Assembly (NCBI GenBank): GCA_965214705.1
Contig: CBDCCI010000002.1
Coordinates: forward strand, 2,272,001-2,336,000
Direction of reading: 5' to 3'
DNA: 64,000 bases
From: Alphaproteobacteria bacterium
GTDB lineage: Bacteria > Pseudomonadota > Alphaproteobacteria > UBA828
A model generated the notes under the pieces. It was not told where the DNA came from and made no database searches. It saw only the letters and a program-made list of their open reading frames with translations. Shown in pieces: positions 20,831-31,118 of this stretch (the first letter of the stretch is position 1; each line of letters starts with the position of its first letter). Position numbers and translations under genes: made by a program.

Positions 20831-21672
20831 AATGCTAAACCCCTGTTATATAAGTCCTATTTCCTCCGCTTCAAAATCCGCAAGCGTTTAGGTAGCGATC
20901 GCGCTTCAAATATGCACGCGTTCTCGGACCCCCTCTACGCTTCCCTGACGAAACCGTCCTCCGCCGGCCACCGTCCCTAGAATCGGACTCGCCGATTCTC
21001 CGGTGGGCTCGACCCGGTACGGACGAACAGTCTCCACCAAAGACGGGCACGGCGTGGTCGGCGTCAATCCCCGTCAACGCCACGGCCAAGACCTATAGCG
21101 AGGGAGCCCGCCCCCTACACCGGATGCGCCTCAAGTCTACTGACTAAGCCAGACCGCTCGCGTAGAGTCGTATCCGCGCCCGGGGAACTGATCGGTATCG
21201 ACCGAGATACGCGCTTTCACCCACCCGCGACCGGCGCGGCAGACCGGACGCTTGGCTGCTAGCGCTCCACACCCCAGGTCAGCGGGCCACTGCCTTGACC
21301 GTCGCCACCCGGCGGCGGGCACCTCAACCTCTGTGCAAAACCACCGCTCCCCTTCCAGACGCCACCAAGAGTTAGGGTTGGGCTGCAAGCGGGGCGGTGG
21401 TTGAATGTGTCGTAGAGATCATTCCAGCCGCTGCCATCCCACAGCACCAAGGAGCCGGTACGATGCACTTGGCCATTGCCAATATCAGCAATCCGCGTAC
21501 CAGCCGCGCAACCCGCCCCCATCCACCCAAATCCGTTTCCGAAGACCCAAGGCTACGTCTCCCGCACATCTCCAATCATTCGCGCAGTTCTCCGAGCACA
21601 CCCAACCGGATGATACTGGACATCGACGCGCACCTATGTTACTTTAGTGCCCTCGATGACATAGGTGCTCCG

Positions 21673-21858
21673 ATGCCAAAGGCGAATTCAGGTCGGATTG
21701 TTGTCGCTGTAGACCCGGACCTCAAGCGGCGCCTCTACAGCGTATTGGCCATGGAGAACTCAACCCTTAAGGACTGGTTTATTCGGTCCGCAGAGAACTA
21801 TATCGACGAGACACACAAGCTTACTCAACACTCCAATTCGGAAGGACCCAAGGAATGA
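21673..21858 (+). CDS. Small ribbon-helix-helix-like regulator coupled to the methyltransferase
   Basis: MPKANSGRIVVAVDPDLKRRLYSVLAMENSTLKDWF; ATGA overlap with the MTase start. Confidence 0.6.
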   Translation: MPKANSGRIVVAVDPDLKRRLYSVLAMENSTLKDWFIRSAENYIDETHKLTQHSNSEGPKE

Positions 21859-23504
21859 ACTTCCTTGATTCTCAGACCGAACAAAAGCTGCGTGGCGGAT
21901 ACTACACCCCACCTGATCTTGCCACTTTTCTCGTCCGATGGATTGCCGCCATCAACCCCAAAGAAATTCTCGAACCGAGTTGCGGCGATGGCATTTTTCT
22001 CGAAAAACTAGCTCAGCACCTGCATGAGCCAATCGTCACGGGATTTGAGATCAACAAAGAGGAAGCTGCAAAGGCGTCAACACGTGCCACCGAATCCGGT
22101 CTCAAACACGCTAACGTAACAAACACAGACTTCCTTGGTTGGGCCATTGACGCATTGCAAGGCAGGCAAGAGCGATTCGATGCCATCCTTGGAAATCCCC
22201 CATTTATTCGTTATCAGTATTTGCCAAGACTATTTCAGCTTCGATCCGAAGAGATTTTCTCCAAGCTGAATTGCAAATTCACGAAGCACACAAACGCATG
22301 GGTTCCGTTCATCCTTGCATCATTTGCTTTGCTCCGCCCTGGTGGTCGCCTCGCGATGGTAGTTCCCGCCGAAATCATTCACGTCATGCACGCCGGTTCT
22401 TTGCGCGCCTACTTGGGAAAAAATGCAAAGAAACTAATCATTATCGACCCCGAGGAACTTTGGTTTCCGGGAACTCTTCAAGGTGCAGTCCTGCTCCTCG
22501 CACAAAAGCGCGATGCCTCACGGGACGACGCAGAGGGACTTGGCATTTTTCCGGTACGTGGCCGTGATTTCGTTGCTCGCAACCCTGAAAAGATCTTCAA
22601 CACTCCACACCCAATCAATGGAAGGACGGTTGAAGGCAAGTGGACACGAGCACTTCTGGATCCCAAAACCCGCGAGCTTCTTGATGGACTTATCGATGAC
22701 AACGCGGTTCGTCGTTTTTCGGACGTGGCTGCAGTCGATGTTGGCATTGTAACTGGTGCCAATAAGTTCTTTCTTGTCGAAGACCATACAGTGAAGAAAT
22801 TTGCACTGGACGCATGGGCCCATCCAATGTTCGGGAGAAGCGCACATTGTCCCGGCATAATCTACGATGACGCTCAACATCAAGCGAACGCGATCAACGG
22901 AAATCCGACAAATTTTGTTTGGTTTAGAGATCGAAGCGTTGAACAAAGCCCGCGAGGAAAAGCATACATCAAATATGGCGAACGCCAGATGTTACATACT
23001 CGGTACAAATGTCGCATTCGAGACCCGTGGTACTCAGTGCCATCTGTCTACGCAACCGAAATTGGAATGCTGAAACGGTCTCACAGCGCCCCCCGTTTAG
23101 TTCTCAACAAACTTCGGGCATTTACTACTGATACAGCCTATCGTATCAAGGTCAAGGTCGGAACCGCCAACCAACTGGTATATCTCTTCGTGAACCCCTT
23201 AACTGCATTGAGCGCAGAACTGGAAGGTCGTCACTATGGAGGAGGTGTGCTCGAACTGGTGCCTTCCGAAATTGAACGGCTTCTAATCCCACGACCGAAG
23301 AAGCTAAGGGCTAACGTTAACGGTTTGGACAAGGCGGTGCGAAGGCTGTCCATGGAGTTAGTCCTCGAACGTCAAGGCGAGGTGGTACTGGGCGCTTCCG
23401 GGTTAACTCCATCTGAACAAGCTCAAGTAATAGACGGCTGGAGAAAACTCAGAGACAGACGGCATCGTACTTCATCACCGCACACTAGTCGATCTCGAGG
23501 ATGA
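21855..23504 (+). CDS. Type II N6-adenine DNA methyltransferase (gamma class, Eco57I/TaqI-like)
   Basis: GGYYTP, LEPSCGDG (motif I), GNPPF (motif IV); visibly lower GC than the surroundings. Confidence 0.92.
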   Translation: MNFLDSQTEQKLRGGYYTPPDLATFLVRWIAAINPKEILEPSCGDGIFLEKLAQHLHEPIVTGFEINKEEAAKASTRATESGLKHANVTNTDFLGWAIDALQGRQERFDAILGNPPFIRYQYLPRLFQLRSEEIFSKLNCKFTKHTNAWVPFILASFALLRPGGRLAMVVPAEIIHVMHAGSLRAYLGKNAKKLIIIDPEELWFPGTLQGAVLLLAQKRDASRDDAEGLGIFPVRGRDFVARNPEKIFNTPHPINGRTVEGKWTRALLDPKTRELLDGLIDDNAVRRFSDVAAVDVGIVTGANKFFLVEDHTVKKFALDAWAHPMFGRSAHCPGIIYDDAQHQANAINGNPTNFVWFRDRSVEQSPRGKAYIKYGERQMLHTRYKCRIRDPWYSVPSVYATEIGMLKRSHSAPRLVLNKLRAFTTDTAYRIKVKVGTANQLVYLFVNPLTALSAELEGRHYGGGVLELVPSEIERLLIPRPKKLRANVNGLDKAVRRLSMELVLERQGEVVLGASGLTPSEQAQVIDGWRKLRDRRHRTSSPHTSRSRG

Positions 23505-24678
23505 AAGAGTCTTGCTCCTCGTCGTCGAGGTAAAGGAACAGGGTACGATTAAGCAGATCTTCCCGAGCGACGTACGGCCGAACGACGGCGCCCCAGTGCA
23601 GGCTCGTCATGCTGTTTCGTTGCTCATACGCTGCGGTGTCGGTGCGAGTATTGTGGGAAATTCGTAGAGAAAAAACGCCGCAGTCAACGTCACGAATTAC
23701 GAGCCGGAATCGTGCTTCCGCCCTTTCAATATGTCGGCGCCGAGGGGCCGCGTCAGGGTTCCAATCGAGCCTATCAAATACTTCGTCACGAAAATAATGG
23801 CGTTGATCGATGTCACGCATTGCACCTTGAGACAGCAGCATTGAGCCAGTCGGATTAGTGTTTGGACCCGTCGGGATATTCAAATCTCGGCGTGTCAATG
23901 GTCGGCTCTCCCACATTAGAGACCAGCGCTCCCTTACCGATTCCGCGACATTTGCCAGCCGCACCTCACCATTATCCTCTCCGTTCTGTGCGACTGAGAA
24001 GGGCTCCGGGCGGGGATGTGATATTCGTCGCGGTCTAAGTGGCATTCTGGGGATTGAATCTAAGCTTGGGTCTCTTGCTACCGCACTAGGTACCGGTTGA
24101 GATCTGGTGCTTTCGTCAATTACCCGTCCTGCGTCGAGTAACTCTTGTATCAGCTCTCTGTTGAGAATAGGAAACACGTGGTCAGGGTAATCCGCCATCA
24201 TTTCTTCATATTTCGCATCTACATCGTCAATAAGAGCAGCTCCCCGTGCGTTGTTGCGGTCAATTGTAAGACAAAGGCTGGCCTCAATATTCGAGTTCAA
24301 ACCACCGATAGTAAGATTTGCACTACCAACGATGATTCGCGCCTCATTGGGATTGTACGAAAAGTAGATTTTTGGATGAAAGATGGCGGTACGCGTTCCT
24401 GTATCGACAGCGTAAATGGAGCACCCCATTTCTACGGCTAACTGTAACCCCTGTGCTGAGGTGATTCCATTTCTTATTCCGGCCAAAATTGTAGTCTGAT
24501 CGGCGACACGGAGTAGAGATTCACGAACAAGAGATAGTCCACCATGAGTCATAAATGCAACGCTGATGACTATTCGGTCTGGGTCTGGGATGTCGAGCAG
24601 AGTCGTAACGGCGTCCAGATGAGTGGATGCCGTTACACCCTGGAGCAATAGTTCGCCCCTAATGGTCATTTGGTTCAC
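23485..24678 (-). CDS. Phospholipase D-family restriction endonuclease (BfiI/NgoFVII-like)
   Basis: FHPKIY...IVGSANLT...N.E HxK motif; convergent with and overlapping the MTase 3' end. Confidence 0.85.
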   Translation of the reverse strand: MNQMTIRGELLLQGVTASTHLDAVTTLLDIPDPDRIVISVAFMTHGGLSLVRESLLRVADQTTILAGIRNGITSAQGLQLAVEMGCSIYAVDTGTRTAIFHPKIYFSYNPNEARIIVGSANLTIGGLNSNIEASLCLTIDRNNARGAALIDDVDAKYEEMMADYPDHVFPILNRELIQELLDAGRVIDESTRSQPVPSAVARDPSLDSIPRMPLRPRRISHPRPEPFSVAQNGEDNGEVRLANVAESVRERWSLMWESRPLTRRDLNIPTGPNTNPTGSMLLSQGAMRDIDQRHYFRDEVFDRLDWNPDAAPRRRHIERAEARFRLVIRDVDCGVFSLRISHNTRTDTAAYEQRNSMTSLHWGAVVRPYVAREDLLNRTLFLYLDDEEQDSFILEID

Positions 24679-25280
24679 TCCATCGACATTTCATCGGAAG
24701 GGAGGGCGGAAGCGACCCAAGGGAGTTCAACACCAATGTGGTTCGCGCCGTGGAAACAGCTATTCGCGATGTACGTCGCGAAAGGGTGGCATCTTCGCGT
24801 GTCTGAGGCACCGATGTAATTGTTTCCATACGGTTTTCCAGGCTCCTCGTTACGTCACGACACCGAGCCGCGTGACCTTCGCGTAAGCATACAGGAAACC
24901 ACCCAGTTCCAAGACCAACGCACGCTGTGCTGCTCCTGTCGTCAGGGCCTCTCCTGACGGGCGGGGTCGCTGCGTACACGCAACACGGCCCATGTCGAGT
25001 CTCGCCGGTAACCGGCGATCCCGCTTCGTTTCCGTCCGTCATTCCCCCGCCACCGTAGAGTCCTCCGGCGTTTCGGCCAGCGCGTGCCCTCGGCTTGGGG
25101 GCGTTCGGTCAACTCCAGTCTCTCCCGGTTCGCGGCAACCAGGACGGGCAGATCCTCGGGGAACCTTGTCCGCGCTACTCCGTCGGGAGTCGAGCCGAGC
25201 GGACGGAGGGCGTTCCGGCAGGGGCTCGGAGAAAGCCGCCGAGACGGCCCGGAGCGGTTCCTTTCCGACGGGAGCATGAC

Positions 25281-26198
25281 ATGACCACGAACGCGAAACT
25301 CACTCGCGTCATCGCCGACGCCCTCATAGGCGCGTACGGCGAGGAAGCCATCGAGTGGCTCGAAGACGGCGGGCGAGCGAACGTCGAGCGCATCCTCGCC
25401 GAATGGCGCACCGCGATCGAAGAGGGCGGCTGGATCGAGCGAATCGAGGACGTGCTGGTCCTCCGGGCGCTCCGCCACGAGGCGCACTGGGTGGAGGTGC
25501 TCGGCGGGCCGGACGCGGAAACACTCATCCGCGAGCTCGTGGACGAGGACTGGCGCGCACGGGAAGTCGAGACGGCAACGCGGATCGGCGAAATCTTCGC
25601 GCACGAGCTCCTTCGTGGCGACACGGGGGAGCCGTTCGAGTCCATCGAGTACGACTGGCGTGAGCACGGGTGCGCGATCCGCGGCGAGGACGACGAGCAG
25701 CGGTGGAACGCGGCGGCCCCCCTCTCGGGTGCCGAAACCCGTATCGAGGCGTGTCTCATCGAGGCGCGCTACATCGAGCGCCGGGTGCCGTTCGTCGACC
25801 TCCCGGGAAAGGTCCGCCAGGCGAAAGCGGCGGCGGACGCGGGGGACGAGAGCGGATGGACGCCGGTCTCGGACGGTCCGGTGTTCCGGTATGTCCGGGC
25901 CCTGCGCGAGGACGGGGTGGAGCGGGTCATTCCGCCAGACCTTCGGCTTCGCACGCTCTACACCGTCGAGCTCGTCTGCGCGCCCGGCCGCTCGGTGGTG
26001 CTCGTCGAGGAGGGGCTCCGCGGCCGGCTCGAGGACGTCGCCTCGAAGGCGGTCGAGAGCGCGCGGGTGAGCGAGCGGTGGCGGGTCGAGCCCGGCGAGC
26101 CCATCTTCGTCAGGCGCATGCGCTACGACCTCGACGAGTGGTCGGACCTTCCCGTGCCGGAGGGGTACCGGATGGACCCGTTCCGCGACTCCGGCTGA
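25281..26198 (+). CDS. Hypothetical acidic protein
   Basis: GGGAG RBS before ATG at 25281; host-like codon usage; no recognised motif. Confidence 0.7.
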   Translation: MTTNAKLTRVIADALIGAYGEEAIEWLEDGGRANVERILAEWRTAIEEGGWIERIEDVLVLRALRHEAHWVEVLGGPDAETLIRELVDEDWRAREVETATRIGEIFAHELLRGDTGEPFESIEYDWREHGCAIRGEDDEQRWNAAAPLSGAETRIEACLIEARYIERRVPFVDLPGKVRQAKAAADAGDESGWTPVSDGPVFRYVRALREDGVERVIPPDLRLRTLYTVELVCAPGRSVVLVEEGLRGRLEDVASKAVESARVSERWRVEPGEPIFVRRMRYDLDEWSDLPVPEGYRMDPFRDSG

Positions 26199-26622
26199 GC
26201 CCGGTGTCCGCCGCGGACCCCACCGCCAGGAAGCCAAGACCGGCTCCGGCCGGTGGAACCGGGGGTGCCCGCCCACATCACCGAGGAACACCGCCGCGCT
26301 TGGACCGCCCGCGCTCTTGCGACACGCCGGACTCCGCCCGTCGCCCGCTACACGATCAGTTGCGTGCAGCTCCCACCCAGCCGGTTTCGGGGCGACTTGC
26401 ATCGCCCTGCCTGGAAAGCGCTCGCACCCGGCAACCGTTCCGGAACGATTCCGGCTTCCAGACTCCTCCCTGATGCAGGGTCTTGAGGCTACGGGAATCA
26501 GGTTCCTCCTTGGAAGTCTCTTCAGATGTTGCGTAAGCGGTATCGGGCCCCCATACTTCCAGCGGATCTGATTTCGGGGCTGACTCTCCGCCTTGACCAC
26601 GAGCCACACAGGAGAGATCGCG

Positions 26623-27048
26623 ATGACAGATTCGATTTTGGCATCTGGCGACGGTGTCGCTGTTGCTTCGGTTGAGATCCCAGCTTCTGAGGGAGCCGCC
26701 CCGGCTCCGTCTGAGCCGGCCCCCATGCGACGCTGGCCGGACGATGAGAAGGCGCGGATTGTCTCGGAGAGCTTTGAGCCGGGCTCTTCGGTTGCGGCGG
26801 TCGCGCGCCGCCATGGCGTCAGCGATACGACCCTGACCAAGTGGCGGCGGCGCGCGCGGGAGGGAACTCTTCCGGGCGCTCGGATTGGTGGCTCTGCACC
26901 GCCATTTGTTCCCGTGGTGGTTGATAGCGTGACGTCCGAGCGGACGGTGGCGATCGAGGCGCTAGGCGTGGTCGTTCGCCTTCCGGTGGAGAGCGCGGTC
27001 GATCGGATTGTTGCGGTGGCCTCGGGCCTGGGCCGGGCGTCGTCATGA
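26623..27048 (+). CDS. tnpA: IS66 TnpA (HTH)
   Basis: RRWPDDEKARIVSES...SVAAVARRHGV...WRR. Confidence 0.9.
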   Translation: MTDSILASGDGVAVASVEIPASEGAAPAPSEPAPMRRWPDDEKARIVSESFEPGSSVAAVARRHGVSDTTLTKWRRRAREGTLPGARIGGSAPPFVPVVVDSVTSERTVAIEALGVVVRLPVESAVDRIVAVASGLGRASS

Positions 27049-27395
27049 TCGCGGCCCCCTCGCTTCGCATCGTGTTGGCGACGCGGCCGGTTGATTTTCG
27101 TCGCGGCCACGACGCGCTTGCGGCGACGGCGGCGGGGGAGCTGGACCTCGATATCTATTCCGGGGTGATCGTGATCTTCCGCTCGCGCCGCGGCGACAGG
27201 CTCAAGCTCCTTGCGTGGGACGGCAGCGGTCTGGTGATGACCTACAAGCGTCTGGAGCAGGGCCGCTTCGCCTGGCCTCGGATCGAGGATGGTGTGATGC
27301 GCCTTACGAAGGGCCAGTTCGAGGCCCTCTTCGAGGGTCTGGACTGGCGCCGGGTGAAGGCCCGCCCGGTTCGCCGCCCGCTGGCGGCGGAGTGA
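27045..27395 (+). CDS. tnpB: IS66 accessory protein TnpB
   Basis: PVDFRRGHDAL, RLKLLAWDGSG, KRLEQGRFAWP. Confidence 0.95.
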   Translation: MIAAPSLRIVLATRPVDFRRGHDALAATAAGELDLDIYSGVIVIFRSRRGDRLKLLAWDGSGLVMTYKRLEQGRFAWPRIEDGVMRLTKGQFEALFEGLDWRRVKARPVRRPLAAE

Positions 27396-27488
27396 GGCGG
27401 CACGCAGGCGGGGCCGCAGATTTCGGTCGCGGTCCCGCCTGCACTTTTCCCTGGTCATGCATTGGCGAATCGGATTAAGGGGTGGCCC

Positions 27489-29204
27489 ATGCCGAAGGTC
27501 ACGCCCTCACCCCTCAGCAGCGCCGGTTCGCCGTCGCCTGCGGTGGTTTCGGCGGCGCTGGCGGCCCTGCATGCGGAGCTTGACGACGAGCGCGCGGCGC
27601 GCCGGGCGACGGAAGCAGCCCTATGCGAAGCGGAGCAGGCACGCGGCGCGGCGGAGGCGGCGAGGCAGACGGCGGAAGCGCGGGCGGCACGGCTGGAGGC
27701 CGAGAACGCGCAGAGCGCGGAGCAGATCAGCCGGCTTGAGCATCTCAACAAGGAGCTCAGGAAGGCGCTGTTCGGTCCGCGCTCCGAGAAGCTCGGCGAG
27801 GACGAGCGCCAGCTTACGTTCGAGGAGTTTTGGGCGGCGATCGCTGAAGCCGGCGGTCGGCCCGAGGCAGATGACCAGGAGCAGGACGAGGGGGCTGGCG
27901 GCAAGCGCCGGCGGCGCTCTTCCCGGGGGTCGCGCAGCGGGGTGCGCTTCGGGCCCCAGGTCGACCGGCGCGAGGAGGTGATCGAGCCGGACACGATCAT
28001 GTGCCCCTGCGGCTGCGGCGAGATGACGAAGATCGGCGAGGACCGCAGCGAGCGGCTGGACTATGAGCCGGCGAAGTTCACCGTCATCGAGACCGTGCGC
28101 CCCCGCTACGCCTGCAACAAGTGCAAGGGGGGCGGGGTGGTGCAGTCGCCGGCGCCGGCCGCTCTGGTCGAGGGCGGCCTTCCCACCGAGGCTCTTCTGG
28201 CGCAGGTGCTGATCGCGAAGTACGGCGATCATTGCCCGCTCTATCGCCAGTCGCAGATCTACGAGCGCTCGGGGATCGAGGTTCACCGTGCGACGCTGGC
28301 GACGTGGGTGGGCCAGGCGTCGTTTCACCTGCGCCCCGTGGTCGCTTGCCTGGAGGATGAGCTGAAGAAGTCGGATCACCTGGGTCTGGACGAGACCACG
28401 ATCCGCGTTCTCGACCCGGGCCGGGGCAAGACGAAGACGGGCTACATGTGGACCCTTGTGCGTGACGAGCGCCACTGGAGCGGCACGGACCCGCCGGGCG
28501 TCGTCTATCGCTATGCGCCCGGCCGCGGCGGCAAGTATGGCGCCGAGCTTATGGAGGGCTTTTCGGGGACGGTGCAGCTCGACGGCTACTCGGGCCACAA
28601 CATCCTGGCGCGGCCGGACCGGGCGGAAGGCCCTGTGACGCGGGCCCTCTGTTGGGCGCATGTAAGACGGAAGCTGAAAGAGGTATACGACTCGAGCGCA
28701 TCGCCGATCGCGCTGGCCGGTCTGAATCGGATCGCGAAGCTCTATGCGATCGAGAAGAAGATCCGGGGCAAGCCGCCGGCGGAGCGCCGCGCGATCCGTT
28801 GGGAGGAGTCGGCGCCGATCGTGAACACCTTCGGTGTCTGGCTCGACGAGCAGCGCTCGCGCGTCTCACCGCGCTCGCGTCTCGGCGAGAAGCTGACCTA
28901 TATCGCCAACCAGTGGGACGGGCTGCTGGAGTTCCTGCACGACGGTCGTGTCGAGATCGACTCGAACCTGGTGGAAAACCGAATCCGGCCGCTGAAGCTC
29001 ACCGCCAAGAACGCGCTCTTCGCCGGCAACGACGAGGGTGCGCAAGCCTGGGCCCGCATCGCCTCGCTGATCGAGACCTGCAAGATGAACGGCGTCGAGC
29101 CCTACGCCTGGATGCGGAGCACGCTCGAGAAGATCGCCAAGGGCCACCCGCAGTCGGGCATCCAGGAGCTTCTGCCGTGGAACTTCCAGCCCGAGGCAAA
29201 ATGA
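27489..29204 (+). CDS. tnpC: IS66 transposase TnpC
   Basis: LFGPRSEK, zinc ribbon, DETTI, CWAHVRRK, IDSNLVEN, LLPWN. Confidence 0.95.
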   Translation: MPKVTPSPLSSAGSPSPAVVSAALAALHAELDDERAARRATEAALCEAEQARGAAEAARQTAEARAARLEAENAQSAEQISRLEHLNKELRKALFGPRSEKLGEDERQLTFEEFWAAIAEAGGRPEADDQEQDEGAGGKRRRRSSRGSRSGVRFGPQVDRREEVIEPDTIMCPCGCGEMTKIGEDRSERLDYEPAKFTVIETVRPRYACNKCKGGGVVQSPAPAALVEGGLPTEALLAQVLIAKYGDHCPLYRQSQIYERSGIEVHRATLATWVGQASFHLRPVVACLEDELKKSDHLGLDETTIRVLDPGRGKTKTGYMWTLVRDERHWSGTDPPGVVYRYAPGRGGKYGAELMEGFSGTVQLDGYSGHNILARPDRAEGPVTRALCWAHVRRKLKEVYDSSASPIALAGLNRIAKLYAIEKKIRGKPPAERRAIRWEESAPIVNTFGVWLDEQRSRVSPRSRLGEKLTYIANQWDGLLEFLHDGRVEIDSNLVENRIRPLKLTAKNALFAGNDEGAQAWARIASLIETCKMNGVEPYAWMRSTLEKIAKGHPQSGIQELLPWNFQPEAK

Positions 29205-29647
29205 CTCGCGCGCTCACGGCGCTCCTCAAGAAATCCCCGTCGTAGTCAAGCCAGATTCCGGTATGGGGTCTGCGTACCGCTTACGATGTTGCTGCTGGTC
29301 GTGCCACCGCCGTGTTCGTTCGGAACGAATTCGGTGTCGGTGAGTGGGAGATGGGTGATAGAAGAGCGGGCGTCGCGGAGTTCGCTGCGCAGGAGCTTCG
29401 TCAACGTGGAAGCCATCTTCTTGTCGCCGGCTGAGTTCATGCTGCGGCCTCGCGACGCGTACGGGGTGTGCTCAACTGAAGTGCGGTGGAGATCGCCGGC
29501 TGAATGCAAGCCCCGGTTCGAACGGGCCGCGGCAGGACCCTACGTCGGCCAGACCGCCGTTGCGCGCCTTCCGACGCCTTCCGAACCCCAATCGCCCATC
29601 GGGTCCGTGACCGTACCGAGGGCCGTTCGCAATCTGGAACCGTGCTT

Positions 29648-30340
29648 TTACGCGGCTTCAAGCGCAACAACGCACTCGGGGTCGTCGTTGCGAGGATTGT
29701 TCACCCGGAGACCGACCCGGTGCATCACGAGCCAATCCTCGGGCGCCGGCGCGAGCCGCACATCCTCGCCCGAGAGCCAGGGCCGGAACGCCTCCTCCGG
29801 CAAGATGACCGGCATCCGGTGATGCAGCGCGCGCATGGTCGCGTTCGCCTCGGTGGTGAGGATAGTGAAGGTCTCCACCACATCGCCCGGCCGGCGCTCT
29901 GCCAGCGAGCCTCGAAGCACCGCGCCCTCGGGCACCCGCCAGCCCTCCCATAGTCCGGCGAACGCCATCGGTGCGCCGTCGCGCCGGGCGATGAGCCAGG
30001 GCTGGCGGACCGAGCTCTCGCGCCGCCACTCGTAGAACCCGTCCGCCGGGACGAGACACCGCCGCTTCGAGAACGCCGCCCGGAACGCAGGCTTGACCGC
30101 GGCGGTCTCGGCTCGGGCATTGATGAGCTTGTGCCCGATGCCGGGGTCCCTCGCCCAGGCCGGAATGAGCCCCCAGCGCAAGCTGGAGAGACGGCACTCG
30201 CCGGTGTCGCTCCGCACCACCGCGGCGTCCTGGCTCGGCGCGAGGTTGTAGCGCGGGCGGAGGTTCGCCGCCGGCCCGCCCAGGCTCAGCAGCGCATGGA
30301 TTTCGCGCCAGGAGAGGCGTTGAGTGAGGCGGCCGCACAT
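29648..30340 (-). CDS. SOS response-associated peptidase (SRAP/YedK-like)
   Basis: Starts MCGR (catalytic Cys2); RYNLAPSQ, RWGLIP, INARAET, GFYEW, HHRMPVIL. Confidence 0.95.
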   Translation of the reverse strand: MCGRLTQRLSWREIHALLSLGGPAANLRPRYNLAPSQDAAVVRSDTGECRLSSLRWGLIPAWARDPGIGHKLINARAETAAVKPAFRAAFSKRRCLVPADGFYEWRRESSVRQPWLIARRDGAPMAFAGLWEGWRVPEGAVLRGSLAERRPGDVVETFTILTTEANATMRALHHRMPVILPEEAFRPWLSGEDVRLAPAPEDWLVMHRVGLRVNNPRNDDPECVVALEAA

Positions 30341-30878
30341 GGCCGAAAGGCTACCCGCGGAACCGGGAGCGGCGCCAGCCGGAGAACGAGTCGCGCCCCT
30401 CGGTCGGCAATCCCTGTTGGCCGTCAGGGAGTAGCACGGACAGTTCCCGGGGCGCGGTGTGAATTCTGCGCGAGTGGTCCCGACCTGACCATCGACCCGG
30501 GGCACGTCGGCGGTAGGCCGCGGGCCCGGTCGCTGTAGGCGCGGTTCGCCCTCGCTCCGTACGCGCGCTCGGCATTCGGCGCCTCCAGCCCCGGTCCGTT
30601 GCGCGCCGCGTGGACGTGATGCCCGGCGGGCATCGGCGGCGCACCGCTTCTCGACCGCCCGACCGTCCCCCCGGACGCGCTCCCCTCGCCGGTTCATGGC
30701 CGGCGCCGCTCCCCTGCGGCCGGGCATCGAGTCCGAGCCGGTACCCCCCGGCGTGTTCACCACCCCCATCGGTCGGGCCGCGAGGAGGCGGAGCCCGGCG
30801 GCGGACGGTCGAGGCGGGTGTCGCGGAGCGAGTCCGCCGCACCCCTCCCGTGCCATCCACCCAAAGGGAGAGTCCGCC

Positions 30879-31118
30879 ATGTCCACCAACATCACCGAGC
30901 CGCACCGCCACGCCTTCCAAGCCCTGGTGAGCGGCGAGTACGACAACTTCGCGCTCTTCTCGTGCTTCATCGACGGTGCGCCCGGCGCCGCCATCGTTGC
31001 CGTCAACCCCTGCCCGCCGGGCGAGGAAGGCGCGGCGCCCGAGTACGCCGTTCGGCCCCTGTTCGTCTCCGTCACTCCGGCGATGACGATCACCGACCAC
31101 GACGGCACCGAGGCATGA
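30879..31118 (+). CDS. Small conserved hypothetical protein (DUF6117-like)
   Basis: MSTNITEPHRHAFQALVSGEYDNFALFSC...VRPLF; strong RBS; ATGA-coupled to the next gene. Confidence 0.7.
   Translation: MSTNITEPHRHAFQALVSGEYDNFALFSCFIDGAPGAAIVAVNPCPPGEEGAAPEYAVRPLFVSVTPAMTITDHDGTEA

Larger units (their letters stand above)
26533..29284 (+). mobile_element. IS66-family insertion sequence, apparently intact
   Basis: Ends GTAAGCGGTA...TACCGCTTAC; 8-bp target duplication GATGTTGC at 26525-26532 and 29285-29292; tnpA-tnpB-tnpC order. Confidence 0.96.

Noticed and set aside
20830-21670. Long intergenic stretch as a possible ncRNA or tRNA
   Set aside because: No tRNA arms, repeats or convincing structure found by eye; an Infernal/Rfam search would be needed.
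29246-29509. Gene interrupted by IS66
   Set aside because: Rejoining the flanks gives a stop immediately after the duplicated target, so the insertion looks intergenic.
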